A stretch of 64,000 nt of DNA from Candidatus Thorarchaeota archaeon (GTDB lineage Archaea > Asgardarchaeota > Thorarchaeia > Thorarchaeales > Thorarchaeaceae), in assembly GCA_048882325.1 (NCBI GenBank), contig JBHLRS010000008.1:51530-115529 (forward strand), in the 5' to 3' direction. Below the pieces are notes generated by a model that saw nothing but the letters and a program-made list of their open reading frames with translations, ran no database searches and had not been told where the DNA came from. Numbering within the stretch: the stretch's first letter is position 1; each line of letters opens with the position of its first letter. A program made the position numbers and the translations under genes. Positions 27,761-37,415 of this stretch are shown here, one piece after another.

Positions 27761-28963
27761 TTGCACACCATGGAGATAAACAGTCTGTATATCATAAAAC
27801 GAGATACAGGGGTGTGCATATATCACAAAGACTTCACAGAATCTGCATTTGACCCACAGCTCCTTTCCTCATTCCTAGTAGCGATGACCTCGTTCTTCGA
27901 TGAAGCAACACGCTCAGTGACCTCCCAAGCCCGCGCATTTGAGGGTGCAAACTACAAGATTGTGGTTGAATTCGGTGAATGGACACTCGGTGCAATATCA
28001 ACTAAAGAGGATACGGCGAATGTTCGTACCAAGCTAAGGAGAATGATTAATCGGTTTGAGGATCAGTTCAATGTTTTGAGATGGGTAGACATTGATCTTG
28101 CAATCCATACTCGTTTTGAACAGAGTGTGATTGATGAGTTCATCAGAGACCGGATAAAACCAGATTCTGTCATAACTGTACGTGCAGAATGGGAACACTA
28201 CACAAGACGACCTGATGTGATGTCGTTTCTTAGGTTAATTCCAGCAATATGCTCAGTCACAGATGCTGCTGATTTCTTAGAAGTTCCTGTTGAGGTTGCG
28301 ATGAACTTAGCGGCGGAGGCACTCTGGGAGAAAGCAATCACCATACAGAATCCAGTAAAACCAGATGACATCTACCAAGCAACATCACTGACTGGTCAGA
28401 ACTCTGAAGAAGAGGAACTCTCACCTGAAACTGCTAAGGCGTTGACTGAGCTAGATGGAGAAACTCCTGTTTCTATTGCAGCTGAAAGAGTGAGGACATC
28501 GGATATGGAGAGGTTTCTCAGAGATGTGGCTATCCTTGAAAGACGGAAAATGATCGAGCTAGTCACACCAGCTCATGCTGTCGCTGTTCGATACACTTCA
28601 GCTTTGCAGTCTCTTCTCAAGGCCTGCTCGAAAATTGTTGGAATAAATGCAATGAGAAAGGTCTTCTTTGTTTCGAGGGATGATTTGGTTGGTAATTATC
28701 CTTGGCTTGCATACGTCACTCTTGAAGAGGGCATTGACATTGAGATGCGAAGCTCTCTCACTGCTGCAACCATTAGAGGATCCATAGGACCTGATGTCCT
28801 GAATGATGGTTTCCGCGCAATAATGCAGTTCATAACTAGGAAGGTAAAAGATTTGACTGGAGCTCATCCGATGAACAGGATTATAGCTAACACGAGAGTG
28901 GAAATCCAGCAACAGTTTCCAAGCACAGTTTATGAGATTGAATGGGAAAACTTCGTAGTATGA
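27761..28963 (+). CDS. Longin-like domain + tandem winged-helix protein (NPRL2-like architecture)
   Basis: LYII..GVCIY...DPQLLSSFLVAMTSFF...LRRMINRFEDQF longin pattern; two WH-like repeats (SVTDAADFL; LDGETPVSIAAE); likely ATG 27770. Confidence 0.7.
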   Translation: MHTMEINSLYIIKRDTGVCIYHKDFTESAFDPQLLSSFLVAMTSFFDEATRSVTSQARAFEGANYKIVVEFGEWTLGAISTKEDTANVRTKLRRMINRFEDQFNVLRWVDIDLAIHTRFEQSVIDEFIRDRIKPDSVITVRAEWEHYTRRPDVMSFLRLIPAICSVTDAADFLEVPVEVAMNLAAEALWEKAITIQNPVKPDDIYQATSLTGQNSEEEELSPETAKALTELDGETPVSIAAERVRTSDMERFLRDVAILERRKMIELVTPAHAVAVRYTSALQSLLKACSKIVGINAMRKVFFVSRDDLVGNYPWLAYVTLEEGIDIEMRSSLTAATIRGSIGPDVLNDGFRAIMQFITRKVKDLTGAHPMNRIIANTRVEIQQQFPSTVYEIEWENFVV

Positions 28964-29040
28964 CGCGAATCACATCAACACAACATACAAATCTGGATTT
29001 CGAGCCCTAAAGAAGCTGAGCGTTAGGAGCAGGAAGCATA

Positions 29041-29862
29041 GTGTCGCAATCATCGGGTTGGAAATATGCAGCAATCATTATTTTCACTGGATTTGCTATT
29101 CTATTTGTTGCGGAGGTTCTTTATTTCTCAGGACTTCATTCATTCCTGAATATCTATGCAACAACTCTTAGTCCAATTATGGCATTCTTTCTTGGAATAG
29201 TCGGTCTGAATTTCTTTGGTAGGGAGTCACTGGTTAAAGAGGACAGATTCCATGCAATGAATGTATGGATGGCTTTGGGTCTGATTGTGTTTAGTCTTGC
29301 AGAAGTAACTGGGATTCTCATCAGAGTGACTGGGAATAGTAGTGATATCTACTTCACCATTGGTCTGGTCCAGATGCCTGCGCTACTACTCTGGTGCTTA
29401 GGAGTTGTTGGATATCTACGGTCATCAAACTCCGCTCTCGGTGTGTTTAATGGGGAGAGAATGAGTTCAATTCTGGTTATCTTGAGTTCTCTGGTAGGTC
29501 TTGCTTTAGTTGTAATCATGACTCTGATTCGTCCGGAGCAGACCATTCTCATAATATTCGTTTCAGTTCCAGTGATAATCGGACTCGGAGTACTCCTGCT
29601 CATACTTGGAGGTATAGTCTGGGTGTTGAGAGAAGGATTAATCGCCAGACCGCTCATACTTATGTTCCTTGGGATACTGCTGCTTCTAATCAGGAGTCTT
29701 TTCTGGGGAATTATCAACTACTCTCCAGGCTCATCCTTTGATTACATCACAGCCATTGAGGGATTTGTTCTCGTTGGAGCAGCCCTTGCGGTAGCTAGTA
29801 GAATAGATGATGTCTACTTTGAGGAAAGTGCGGGAAGCCCAGAGGAAGAAACAGCTGAGTAG
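29041..29862 (+). CDS. Hypothetical polytopic membrane protein (7-8 TM)
   Basis: Hydrophobic throughout with an acidic tail. Confidence 0.75.
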   Translation: MSQSSGWKYAAIIIFTGFAILFVAEVLYFSGLHSFLNIYATTLSPIMAFFLGIVGLNFFGRESLVKEDRFHAMNVWMALGLIVFSLAEVTGILIRVTGNSSDIYFTIGLVQMPALLLWCLGVVGYLRSSNSALGVFNGERMSSILVILSSLVGLALVVIMTLIRPEQTILIIFVSVPVIIGLGVLLLILGGIVWVLREGLIARPLILMFLGILLLLIRSLFWGIINYSPGSSFDYITAIEGFVLVGAALAVASRIDDVYFEESAGSPEEETAE

Positions 29863-29867
29863 TGGTT

Positions 29868-32315
29868 TTACTTCTCAGAAGCTTCATCTGCTGCTATTCT
29901 TCTTTCTATCATCGCTCGGACATTTGGCGGCAATGATTCCGGATCAGTCTTGTACTGCTCTTTCAACTTCTCAATCATCTCTGGACTAGGTCTCCCGGAG
30001 CCAATTGGTCCACCATGACCGATTGTTTCTTTCTTTCCAACATCTTCTTTCTTGTCTTTGCTCACTTTCTCAGCCTCAACCATTTTTTCTATCCATTCTC
30101 GTATATGAAGCGGGATCGAGTCAGGGTCACTCTTGTACCGTTCCTTCATCATATTGATCATCTCTGGTGATGGCCTACCAGAGCCTGCAGGACCAGCATG
30201 ACCCACCATTTCTTTTCTGAGTCTGTCCTGTTCAGCTCCTTCGGATTTTCCATCAGAGTCGATCATTTTCTCTATCATGTCGCGCATCGGGGCAGGTATC
30301 GAATCAGGGTCCGACTTGTACCGTTCTTTGATTTTTTCAATCATTTCTGGAGATGGTTTCATTCCACCCATGTGTCCACCCATACCATGATGACTCATCC
30401 CACCACCCATTCCCATCATCATTCCTGGACCAGATGGAGAGAAGGTTTCTTTCACACCATGTTTCTCAACCTCAGACTTAGCGATTTCAGCAACTTCCTC
30501 TGTTAATTCTTCCACACCCTGGTGTGCATAGTAAGTGTCGTACAACGACTTGAAGACACCATTCAACGCAAGTAGTTCCTCATGTGTCCCTTGTTCGACC
30601 AAGTTTCCATGATCAAACACAAAGACCCTTGAAGCATTAGCAATTGTTGTCAAGCGGTGTGCAATTACGATGGTTGTTCTGTTTGAGAATAATCGTTCTT
30701 GAGCATCCTGAACTAGCGACTCACTATATGCATCCAGTCGGCTTGTCGCTTCATCAAGTATGAGTATTTTTGGATCAGCTAGCATTGTTCGTGCGATTGT
30801 TATCATTTGACGCTGACCAGCACTCAGGTTCTTCCCACCCTCAATGATAATAGTATCATACCCATCAGCAAGAACCTCAATGAACTCATTAGCTCCAATC
30901 TCCTTGCAGATTGCGTAAATCTCCTCGTCGGTTGCATCTGGACGACCATATCGGATGTTCTCGAATATAGTATCATCGAAGAGATAGGGTTCCTGGGGAA
31001 TTAGAGACATTGAATTATGCAGAGATTCTTGAGTGACCATTCGAAGGTCTTGACCTCCAATGAAGATTCCACCTTCAGTAGGATCATAGAAGCGATTAAC
31101 CAGTGAAGCGATAGTAGTCTTCCCAGCTCCTGTGTGACCAACGATGGCAACCATTTCACCGGGCTCGATGGAGAAGTTCACATTGTTCAATACTGGCGTA
31201 TCTTTCACATATTCAAAACTTACATCCTGGAAATATATCCCATCACTCTCTTCAGCAAGCGGTTCAGCACCAATAGCATCAGAAATGGCAGGTTTGGATT
31301 CTAGTACATCCATAACACGATCCATTGCAGCCATCGAGGTCTGCACCTGAGTAAACATCATGCTGAGGGCTAATAGAGGCCAGAGGAATCTACTGATGAG
31401 AGAAATTCCAAGAAATACCTCACCAATTGTCAAGAAGGGCAATGATCCAACAGCCAGGCCCCCTGCAACAAACAACATTGCTGCGAGGGCAAATTGCCCA
31501 ATTGATCGAACAAGAGGTTGCATCGCACTCATTAGAATCATAAATCTGAAACCATGCTGATATGATGTCTGGTTCAGTTCCATCATATTCTCGGCAAGTT
31601 CTTTCTCACGATTGAATGCTTTCGCCACATGAATCCCACTGAGGTTTTCAGCTATCTGTCCTGAAACAGCTCCAGAAGCTCTTCGAGAAGCTAACATGAT
31701 TCTCTGACCTACTGTTCCAAATAATAATGTGATAAAGCCAATACCAGGGGCAACAACAAGAGTTGTCAGAGCTATGTAGGGATTCACCCACCACAAAAGT
31801 ATGAATGATGAAACTAACATTAAAGCTTGACTTGAGAAATCAATTAAAACCTGAACTCCAGTACCAAGTTCAACGGTGTCTGAGGTCACTCTGGCTGTGA
31901 CATTTCCACTCTGTTGGCTTTTGTGATATGATAGATCAGACCGTAGAAGATTTGAATAGAGATCCTCCTGAATATTCTGAACAAATCCAGCTTGTGCACC
32001 AGCAAGAATCCAAGTATTGACACTTCCCATAATCCAAGATGTAACCTTTAGCACGATATACAGTAAAGTCAGGAACATAGTTGTTTCAAACACTGGATTG
32101 TTGACAAGTATGGAATCAATTCCAAACGCTAGAATCAATGGATCAAAGACTGAAACTATAGTAGCCGCAAGTGACAGAACTGCACCAATTGCCACAATAC
32201 GTTTGAATCGTCCAAGATATTGAACCATTCTGCCAAGCAGTACTCGAATTGGTCGACTTCTTTTCGCTTTTTCTCCTGCTAAAGCAGTCGGACCACGTCT
32301 TCCATGCATTGCCAT
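29868..32315 (-). CDS. ABC exporter half-transporter (TM288-like) with Met/His-rich and triple-repeat C-terminal extension
   Basis: GHTGAGKTT, LSAGQRQ, ILDEATS, IAHRL; ~190-aa tail. Confidence 0.92.
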   Translation of the reverse strand: MAMHGRRGPTALAGEKAKRSRPIRVLLGRMVQYLGRFKRIVAIGAVLSLAATIVSVFDPLILAFGIDSILVNNPVFETTMFLTLLYIVLKVTSWIMGSVNTWILAGAQAGFVQNIQEDLYSNLLRSDLSYHKSQQSGNVTARVTSDTVELGTGVQVLIDFSSQALMLVSSFILLWWVNPYIALTTLVVAPGIGFITLLFGTVGQRIMLASRRASGAVSGQIAENLSGIHVAKAFNREKELAENMMELNQTSYQHGFRFMILMSAMQPLVRSIGQFALAAMLFVAGGLAVGSLPFLTIGEVFLGISLISRFLWPLLALSMMFTQVQTSMAAMDRVMDVLESKPAISDAIGAEPLAEESDGIYFQDVSFEYVKDTPVLNNVNFSIEPGEMVAIVGHTGAGKTTIASLVNRFYDPTEGGIFIGGQDLRMVTQESLHNSMSLIPQEPYLFDDTIFENIRYGRPDATDEEIYAICKEIGANEFIEVLADGYDTIIIEGGKNLSAGQRQMITIARTMLADPKILILDEATSRLDAYSESLVQDAQERLFSNRTTIVIAHRLTTIANASRVFVFDHGNLVEQGTHEELLALNGVFKSLYDTYYAHQGVEELTEEVAEIAKSEVEKHGVKETFSPSGPGMMMGMGGGMSHHGMGGHMGGMKPSPEMIEKIKERYKSDPDSIPAPMRDMIEKMIDSDGKSEGAEQDRLRKEMVGHAGPAGSGRPSPEMINMMKERYKSDPDSIPLHIREWIEKMVEAEKVSKDKKEDVGKKETIGHGGPIGSGRPSPEMIEKLKEQYKTDPESLPPNVRAMIERRIAADEASEK

Positions 32316-34201
32316 TACAGACTGCCTCCTCTAGTTGTTGCAGTTGCGAGAAGCGTTTGAGCTCCCGGAAGTCGTTCAAAGATTCTCCTATAGTGCCCAG
32401 AGTCACGGAGGAGGGCCTCATGACTTCCTGAAGCAATAATCTCTCCTTTGTCCACAATTATAACTAAATCCGATTCCATCAACGTTCTCAGACGTTGAGT
32501 CACGGTGATACTTGTGCGATTAACCATCACTTCTTCCAAAGCCTTTCTCATCAGAAACTCAGTCTGAGCGTCCACTGCGCTTACTGAATCGTCTAGCAGG
32601 AGAATTTTGGGGTCTTGAATAATGGCTCGTGCGATAGCTAGGCGTTGACGTTGTCCACCTGAGAGTGTCATCCCGCGCTCTCCAATCATTGCATTATATT
32701 TTTCAGGCAGTTCAACAATGAACTCGTGGGCTTGTGCGCGTCTGGCAGCTTCTTCAATCTCTTCATCACTTGCCTCATGTCTCCCAAATGCAATATTATC
32801 ACGAACACTCATTCGAAAGAGAAAGATGTCTTGCTCGACAAGACCAACAACATCTCGTACGTCCTTGGTCGTAACATCTTGAAGGCTGACACCTCCAACT
32901 GTGATTGATCCCTCGGTGGGATCATATAATCGTAGAAGAAGTTTCAGAATTGTACTTTTTCCACCACCAGGACCACCAATGAGTGCGACTCTAGAACCTC
33001 CAGGTATTGTGATGTTGAAATTCTTCAGAGCATAGTGGTCGTTTTCGCTATTATTATCACCATATTTGAAACTCACATTGTCAAAAACGATATCCCCGAG
33101 CCAATCGATTTCCTGGACTGGATCAGCTGGTTCGATGAGAATTTCTTTCCAATTCAAAATATCTACGATTCTCTGTGCATTCACATAGCCACCTCTCAGG
33201 ATGAGCAACATTCGAGGGAGATGGAAGTTCATTCCTTCTAGAGCCCCAAGCAGAGCTAGAATTGTGACTAGTTCACCAATTGTGAGTGCACCATTGATAA
33301 CTGCCAATGCCGCGTATAGAAAAGCAATGGAGGTCATCGCAACAAGTACCAAGGCGGGAATATAGAAGGAAGCGAGTCTACCTTCTCTTGTAATCGATGT
33401 TTCGTATGTCTTACTCACGTCATGGAACTTGGTCTGTTCATAATCCTCTTTTCCGAAAGCTCGAACAACCTCAATGCCTGTGAACACTCCTTGGGTTATT
33501 GCAGTGAGGTTTTCCATGTCTTCAGCTCGTTTGCGCCGAACTGGTTCAACAGCATTCGCATAGCGATAGGAAAACACAAGGTACAATGGTGTGCCAATAA
33601 GCATGATCAATGTAAAACCATAGATGGGGATAGTTATTCCGCTAATGGAGATGACAGAGATACTTTGGAGTGCAGGTGAGAAGTCAATCTGGATTAGGAT
33701 GATTGCAGTTATTCCAAATGAGATGAAACTCCCTGCAAGGTTGCGTAAGGCTGGATTAAGTGAGAAACGTACCCATGAGATATCTTGCATTGCGACTGAA
33801 AGAAGCCGCTTACTGTCAACCTCGTCATGAAAAGTCATGCTATAGTCTTGAAGTGCTTCAAAGAAATCTTGACGCGCATCTCGTTCCCAGCGAAGAGTAA
33901 CAATTGCCCAAACATATCCCACGATGAAATAGAGACCCATGTAAAGTAAGCCAAGTCCGATGATTAACCAGACATAGAAAATGAATTGTGGGGTTAGAGA
34001 AAGGACAGGTGTTATGCCATCCGGTTGAAGCAGTTCATTCACAGCCATACCCACAATTATCGAGGGTATTGTTACCAGTAAGGTCGATATGACTGTGAGA
34101 AGCAATGCAAAGAAGGTGATTCCCTTGTTTCTCATCAATCCACTAAGCATATAGCGAGCAGGGCTCTTTCTGATGGTGTGCCCACCATTGTTTCTAGCCA
34201 A
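32315..34201 (-). CDS. ABC exporter half-transporter (TM287-like, degenerate catalytic residues)
   Basis: GPGGGKST, LSGGQRQR, LLDDSVSAVD (E to D), TQRL (H to Q). Confidence 0.92.
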   Translation of the reverse strand: MARNNGGHTIRKSPARYMLSGLMRNKGITFFALLLTVISTLLVTIPSIIVGMAVNELLQPDGITPVLSLTPQFIFYVWLIIGLGLLYMGLYFIVGYVWAIVTLRWERDARQDFFEALQDYSMTFHDEVDSKRLLSVAMQDISWVRFSLNPALRNLAGSFISFGITAIILIQIDFSPALQSISVISISGITIPIYGFTLIMLIGTPLYLVFSYRYANAVEPVRRKRAEDMENLTAITQGVFTGIEVVRAFGKEDYEQTKFHDVSKTYETSITREGRLASFYIPALVLVAMTSIAFLYAALAVINGALTIGELVTILALLGALEGMNFHLPRMLLILRGGYVNAQRIVDILNWKEILIEPADPVQEIDWLGDIVFDNVSFKYGDNNSENDHYALKNFNITIPGGSRVALIGGPGGGKSTILKLLLRLYDPTEGSITVGGVSLQDVTTKDVRDVVGLVEQDIFLFRMSVRDNIAFGRHEASDEEIEEAARRAQAHEFIVELPEKYNAMIGERGMTLSGGQRQRLAIARAIIQDPKILLLDDSVSAVDAQTEFLMRKALEEVMVNRTSITVTQRLRTLMESDLVIIVDKGEIIASGSHEALLRDSGHYRRIFERLPGAQTLLATATTRGGSL

Positions 34202-34202
34202 T

Positions 34203-34748
34203 CTATGTTCCTCCTGATTTTAGCATTTCAATGAGGGATGAGATCCGATTTTTCATCTCCTCGAGATGTTTCAGTAGTTTTTGACGATCTTTTGTTTTGA
34301 GAGACTTCACTGTATTTTCTAAGGATTCCAATGCAAGGTCAGTGCCATGAATATGGAAATGGATACGTTCAGAGGGGTCAAGTAGCTTCTCCCATATTCT
34401 TGGTCCAAGCCGAGCTTTGTGCCCTACTGCTCCTCTTCTCTTTTTAATAACCATCACCATATGTTCTCGACCCTGTTCGGTGAGACTGTAGGTCTTACTG
34501 CGGCCCTCTTGTTTTACGGTCACGATAAGACCTGATTCTTCTAGAGATGCCAATAGTGGGTATATAGTACCAGGACTTGGATTCCACTCGCCATCTGTCA
34601 ACTCATACAATTCTTGCATGATTTCTGTTCCTGACATATCTCTCCGCCTGAGCAGTCTCGGAATAATATGACGGAGCAGACCTCTCGGTACAGACTGAGG
34701 CATCTCCAAATGATCACATTCCTTCTGTTGAACATCCTCGTTCGTCAT
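34203..34748 (-). CDS. PadR-family transcriptional regulator
   Basis: PRGLLR, SGTEIM, WNPSPGTIYPLLASLEESGLI, KTYSLTEQG; ATG start at 34748 preferred. Confidence 0.92.
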   Translation of the reverse strand: MTNEDVQQKECDHLEMPQSVPRGLLRHIIPRLLRRRDMSGTEIMQELYELTDGEWNPSPGTIYPLLASLEESGLIVTVKQEGRSKTYSLTEQGREHMVMVIKKRRGAVGHKARLGPRIWEKLLDPSERIHFHIHGTDLALESLENTVKSLKTKDRQKLLKHLEEMKNRISSLIEMLKSGGT

Positions 34749-34762
34749 GATCACTCTCAATA

Positions 34763-34816
34763 ATATCGGATACGATTATCGAATGCGATATTTCTCAATA
34801 TCGAATGCGATATAAA
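34763..34816. promoter_or_regulatory. Three tandem palindromic operators (ATATCG-N4-CGATAT) overlapping a TATA box; probable PadR sites
   Basis: ATATCG-GATA-CGATTA (34763), TTATCG-AATG-CGATAT (34776), ATATCG-AATG-CGATAT (34798); TTTATA on the minus strand at 34811-34816. Confidence 0.75.
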
Positions 34817-34901
34817 TGCATCGGATAGGACATTCTGAGTCTTAGGGGAAGTTTGATAAGACCTCTACTGCGGTTGTAGCAAAATAGCGAGTGATGTAAC
34901 C

Positions 34902-36728
34902 TTGGGAGAGAAGGCGAAAGTCAAGGAAACAGTTCGGTTGTACTCCAGAGTCTGGCAGTTACCAACTTATCGCCAGATAGTTTTCCAGATGATTCTACTC
35001 GTCTCCATTGGTTCTTTTGTTCTGAGTCTTGTGAAAGGTCTTCTGCTTGATGTATTTCTGTACTACCTAGTGATTCTGGGTGTACCAGTATTTGTCGGGT
35101 CAGGTTTGCTTTACCTTATTGCCACAGAAGAGAACTCCCCCTTAGATGGAAGAAGAACAGCAGGTCTTGTCCAGTTTGGATTGATATTTTGGATTGCATT
35201 GAGTATGATAGGAGGGATAGTGGATGCTGTCTCTTCTTCAGCGTCATTTGAGATCAGGTTCTCGATACTAGGAGTTTCGATAGCTTATCTCGCATTTGCT
35301 TTCTTGGTGAACGGACTTAGTGACCATCATCCAATAAGAAACACGTTTGCTGCGTTGATGCCACCTGTCCTTTGGATTGGAGTCGAGCTGGCTATTGCAC
35401 CAATGAGCCCTATGATTCCTGAATTTCCATCCACTTGGTATATTCCAGTTGTCAGCTCGTTGATCATCGCATCACTTGTTGTGCACTACATCTATAGAGC
35501 TGTCAGTGTGCCCTTCGAGAGAGACCTGGGGATTAATGGTCCACAGCTCCTCAGAGCATTTGGTCATGACTATTTGGCGAATAATCCAGACCCTTTTGAG
35601 AAGATTTTAACGGACATTGCCACTATCCAAGAGATTCCTGTTGAAATCCTGATGTTTCGAGATGATGATGGGCCAGTAGCTTGTGGAGTCATTCAATATG
35701 TCCACCCAGGACCTTTCCGCGATATAGGTAGCAGCGATTTTCCTTCTGTCATAATAGACCACATTCAGGAGAAACACGGTATCCCTGCATTCATCATGCA
35801 TGGTAGCTGTACTCACCAGCAGAATCTGACGACGAAGGATGATTATCCTATTGTACTCGCAGAAATAGACCGTCTCATAGAAGAAACTGAAGTCCATGAT
35901 CTAGTATCAGGACCACACTGGTCTGATGGTGGGAAGTTCAAGGTGTGGAGTCTGTTTGTAGGAAACGATGTTCTCACAATAAGTACAAGTGCCCCAGAGT
36001 TCACTGATGACATTTCACTCGATGTGGGATACGACTTAGCAAATATGATTCGTGAACGACTTCCTCAAATCGGAGGGATTGCTGTCGTTGATGCACACAA
36101 CTGCATTGATGATAAAGCTGTTTCCGTGACACAGGGAGATCCAGAAGCAAGTGAGTATGTTGGCACTGTGTCGGGAGCGGTGTTCTCCACAATTAACAAT
36201 GAGCGGTCCAAGGTGCGACTTGGGATGCATCAGGTAATTCCTGATGACATCAGCCAATCTGAGGGCATGGGTTCCGGTGGTGTAATAGCAGTGGTCCTTG
36301 ATTTTGGAGACCGTGAGATGATATTGATTTCTATTGATGGGAATAATATGGAACCAGGTTTCAGAGAGAAAGCTCAAAGTCTCCTCAAGGCACAAGGGTT
36401 CGATGATGCAGAACTCATAACAACGGACACTCATGTTGTTAACGCAATTTCTCTATCAAGTAGAGGATACCCACCAGTGGGACGGAACAAACCTGATACC
36501 ACACTTGAACATATTATGACAGCTTCAGTAAAAGCAAGGGAACGTGTTCAACCGGTCAAGGTCGGTCTTGGTTTTGGAAAAGCAACTAATCTCCGAACTT
36601 TCGGTGAGAAAGGTTTTGACACTCTAACTCAAGATGTTGCGGAAGCGGCAGGTATAGCAAAAAAAGTCGGAATCAGAGCTGGCGGCGGATCAATCCTTCT
36701 CAACATCCTTTTAGCATTCCTATTTTGA
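34902..36728 (+). CDS. DUF2070-family membrane protein (neutral ceramidase-like fold)
   Basis: N-terminal TM bundle; VHPGPFRDIGSS, HGSCTH, VDAHN, DGNNM, TTDTH. Confidence 0.88.
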   Translation: MGEKAKVKETVRLYSRVWQLPTYRQIVFQMILLVSIGSFVLSLVKGLLLDVFLYYLVILGVPVFVGSGLLYLIATEENSPLDGRRTAGLVQFGLIFWIALSMIGGIVDAVSSSASFEIRFSILGVSIAYLAFAFLVNGLSDHHPIRNTFAALMPPVLWIGVELAIAPMSPMIPEFPSTWYIPVVSSLIIASLVVHYIYRAVSVPFERDLGINGPQLLRAFGHDYLANNPDPFEKILTDIATIQEIPVEILMFRDDDGPVACGVIQYVHPGPFRDIGSSDFPSVIIDHIQEKHGIPAFIMHGSCTHQQNLTTKDDYPIVLAEIDRLIEETEVHDLVSGPHWSDGGKFKVWSLFVGNDVLTISTSAPEFTDDISLDVGYDLANMIRERLPQIGGIAVVDAHNCIDDKAVSVTQGDPEASEYVGTVSGAVFSTINNERSKVRLGMHQVIPDDISQSEGMGSGGVIAVVLDFGDREMILISIDGNNMEPGFREKAQSLLKAQGFDDAELITTDTHVVNAISLSSRGYPPVGRNKPDTTLEHIMTASVKARERVQPVKVGLGFGKATNLRTFGEKGFDTLTQDVAEAAGIAKKVGIRAGGGSILLNILLAFLF

Positions 36729-36790
36729 GAATTCCACCCTTTCGATACAGGTATATGGCAAAATCTGATTCAGAAAATTAAGTTCACCTG

Positions 36791-37363
36791 GTGACAATGA
36801 TGAAGAAACATGTCCTTGTCTGTATGACTGGAGCAAGTGGAGCGATATATGGGATAAGACTACTTAGAGCTCTCAAATCATTAGGCCATGAGGTCCATTT
36901 AATTATCAGTAAGTGGGGCGAAGAAACCCTCAAGTATGAAACAGGGATTGATACAGACACCCTCAAGAAAGAGGTGGACTTTTTCTACGATGAACATGAC
37001 TTAGCTGCAGGTCCAGCAAGTGGAACCTTTCCAATAGATTCCATGGTCGTAATTCCTTGTTCGATGAAGACACTAGCTGGTATTGCTCATGGATATGCAG
37101 ACAATCTAATTGGGAGGGCAGCGGACTGTAGTCTCAAAGAGCGACGGAAACTTATCATAGTCCCTCGAGAGTCACCAATGAATCTGATTCAAATTAGGAA
37201 TATGGCTGCTGTGACCGAAGCAGGGGCTATTGTGATTCCAGCGAGTCCAGCCTTCTGGTCTAAGCCCACGACCATCGAGGAACTTGTGGACTCAGTCATT
37301 GAGAGAGTGCTCGCACATCTTGGGATTGAAAAAGAATCCGCAGCAAAATGGACCGGAGAATGA
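36791..37363 (+). CDS. ubiX: Flavin prenyltransferase UbiX
   Basis: TGASGAIYG, ASG, PCSMKTLA, RAAD..LKERR, PRESP, PASPAF. Confidence 0.95.
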   Translation: MTMMKKHVLVCMTGASGAIYGIRLLRALKSLGHEVHLIISKWGEETLKYETGIDTDTLKKEVDFFYDEHDLAAGPASGTFPIDSMVVIPCSMKTLAGIAHGYADNLIGRAADCSLKERRKLIIVPRESPMNLIQIRNMAAVTEAGAIVIPASPAFWSKPTTIEELVDSVIERVLAHLGIEKESAAKWTGE

Positions 37364-37415
37364 AGATCTAGTCTCCTTTTCAAGATTCAGTCTTTCTGAT
37401 TTCAGTCCATATGGA

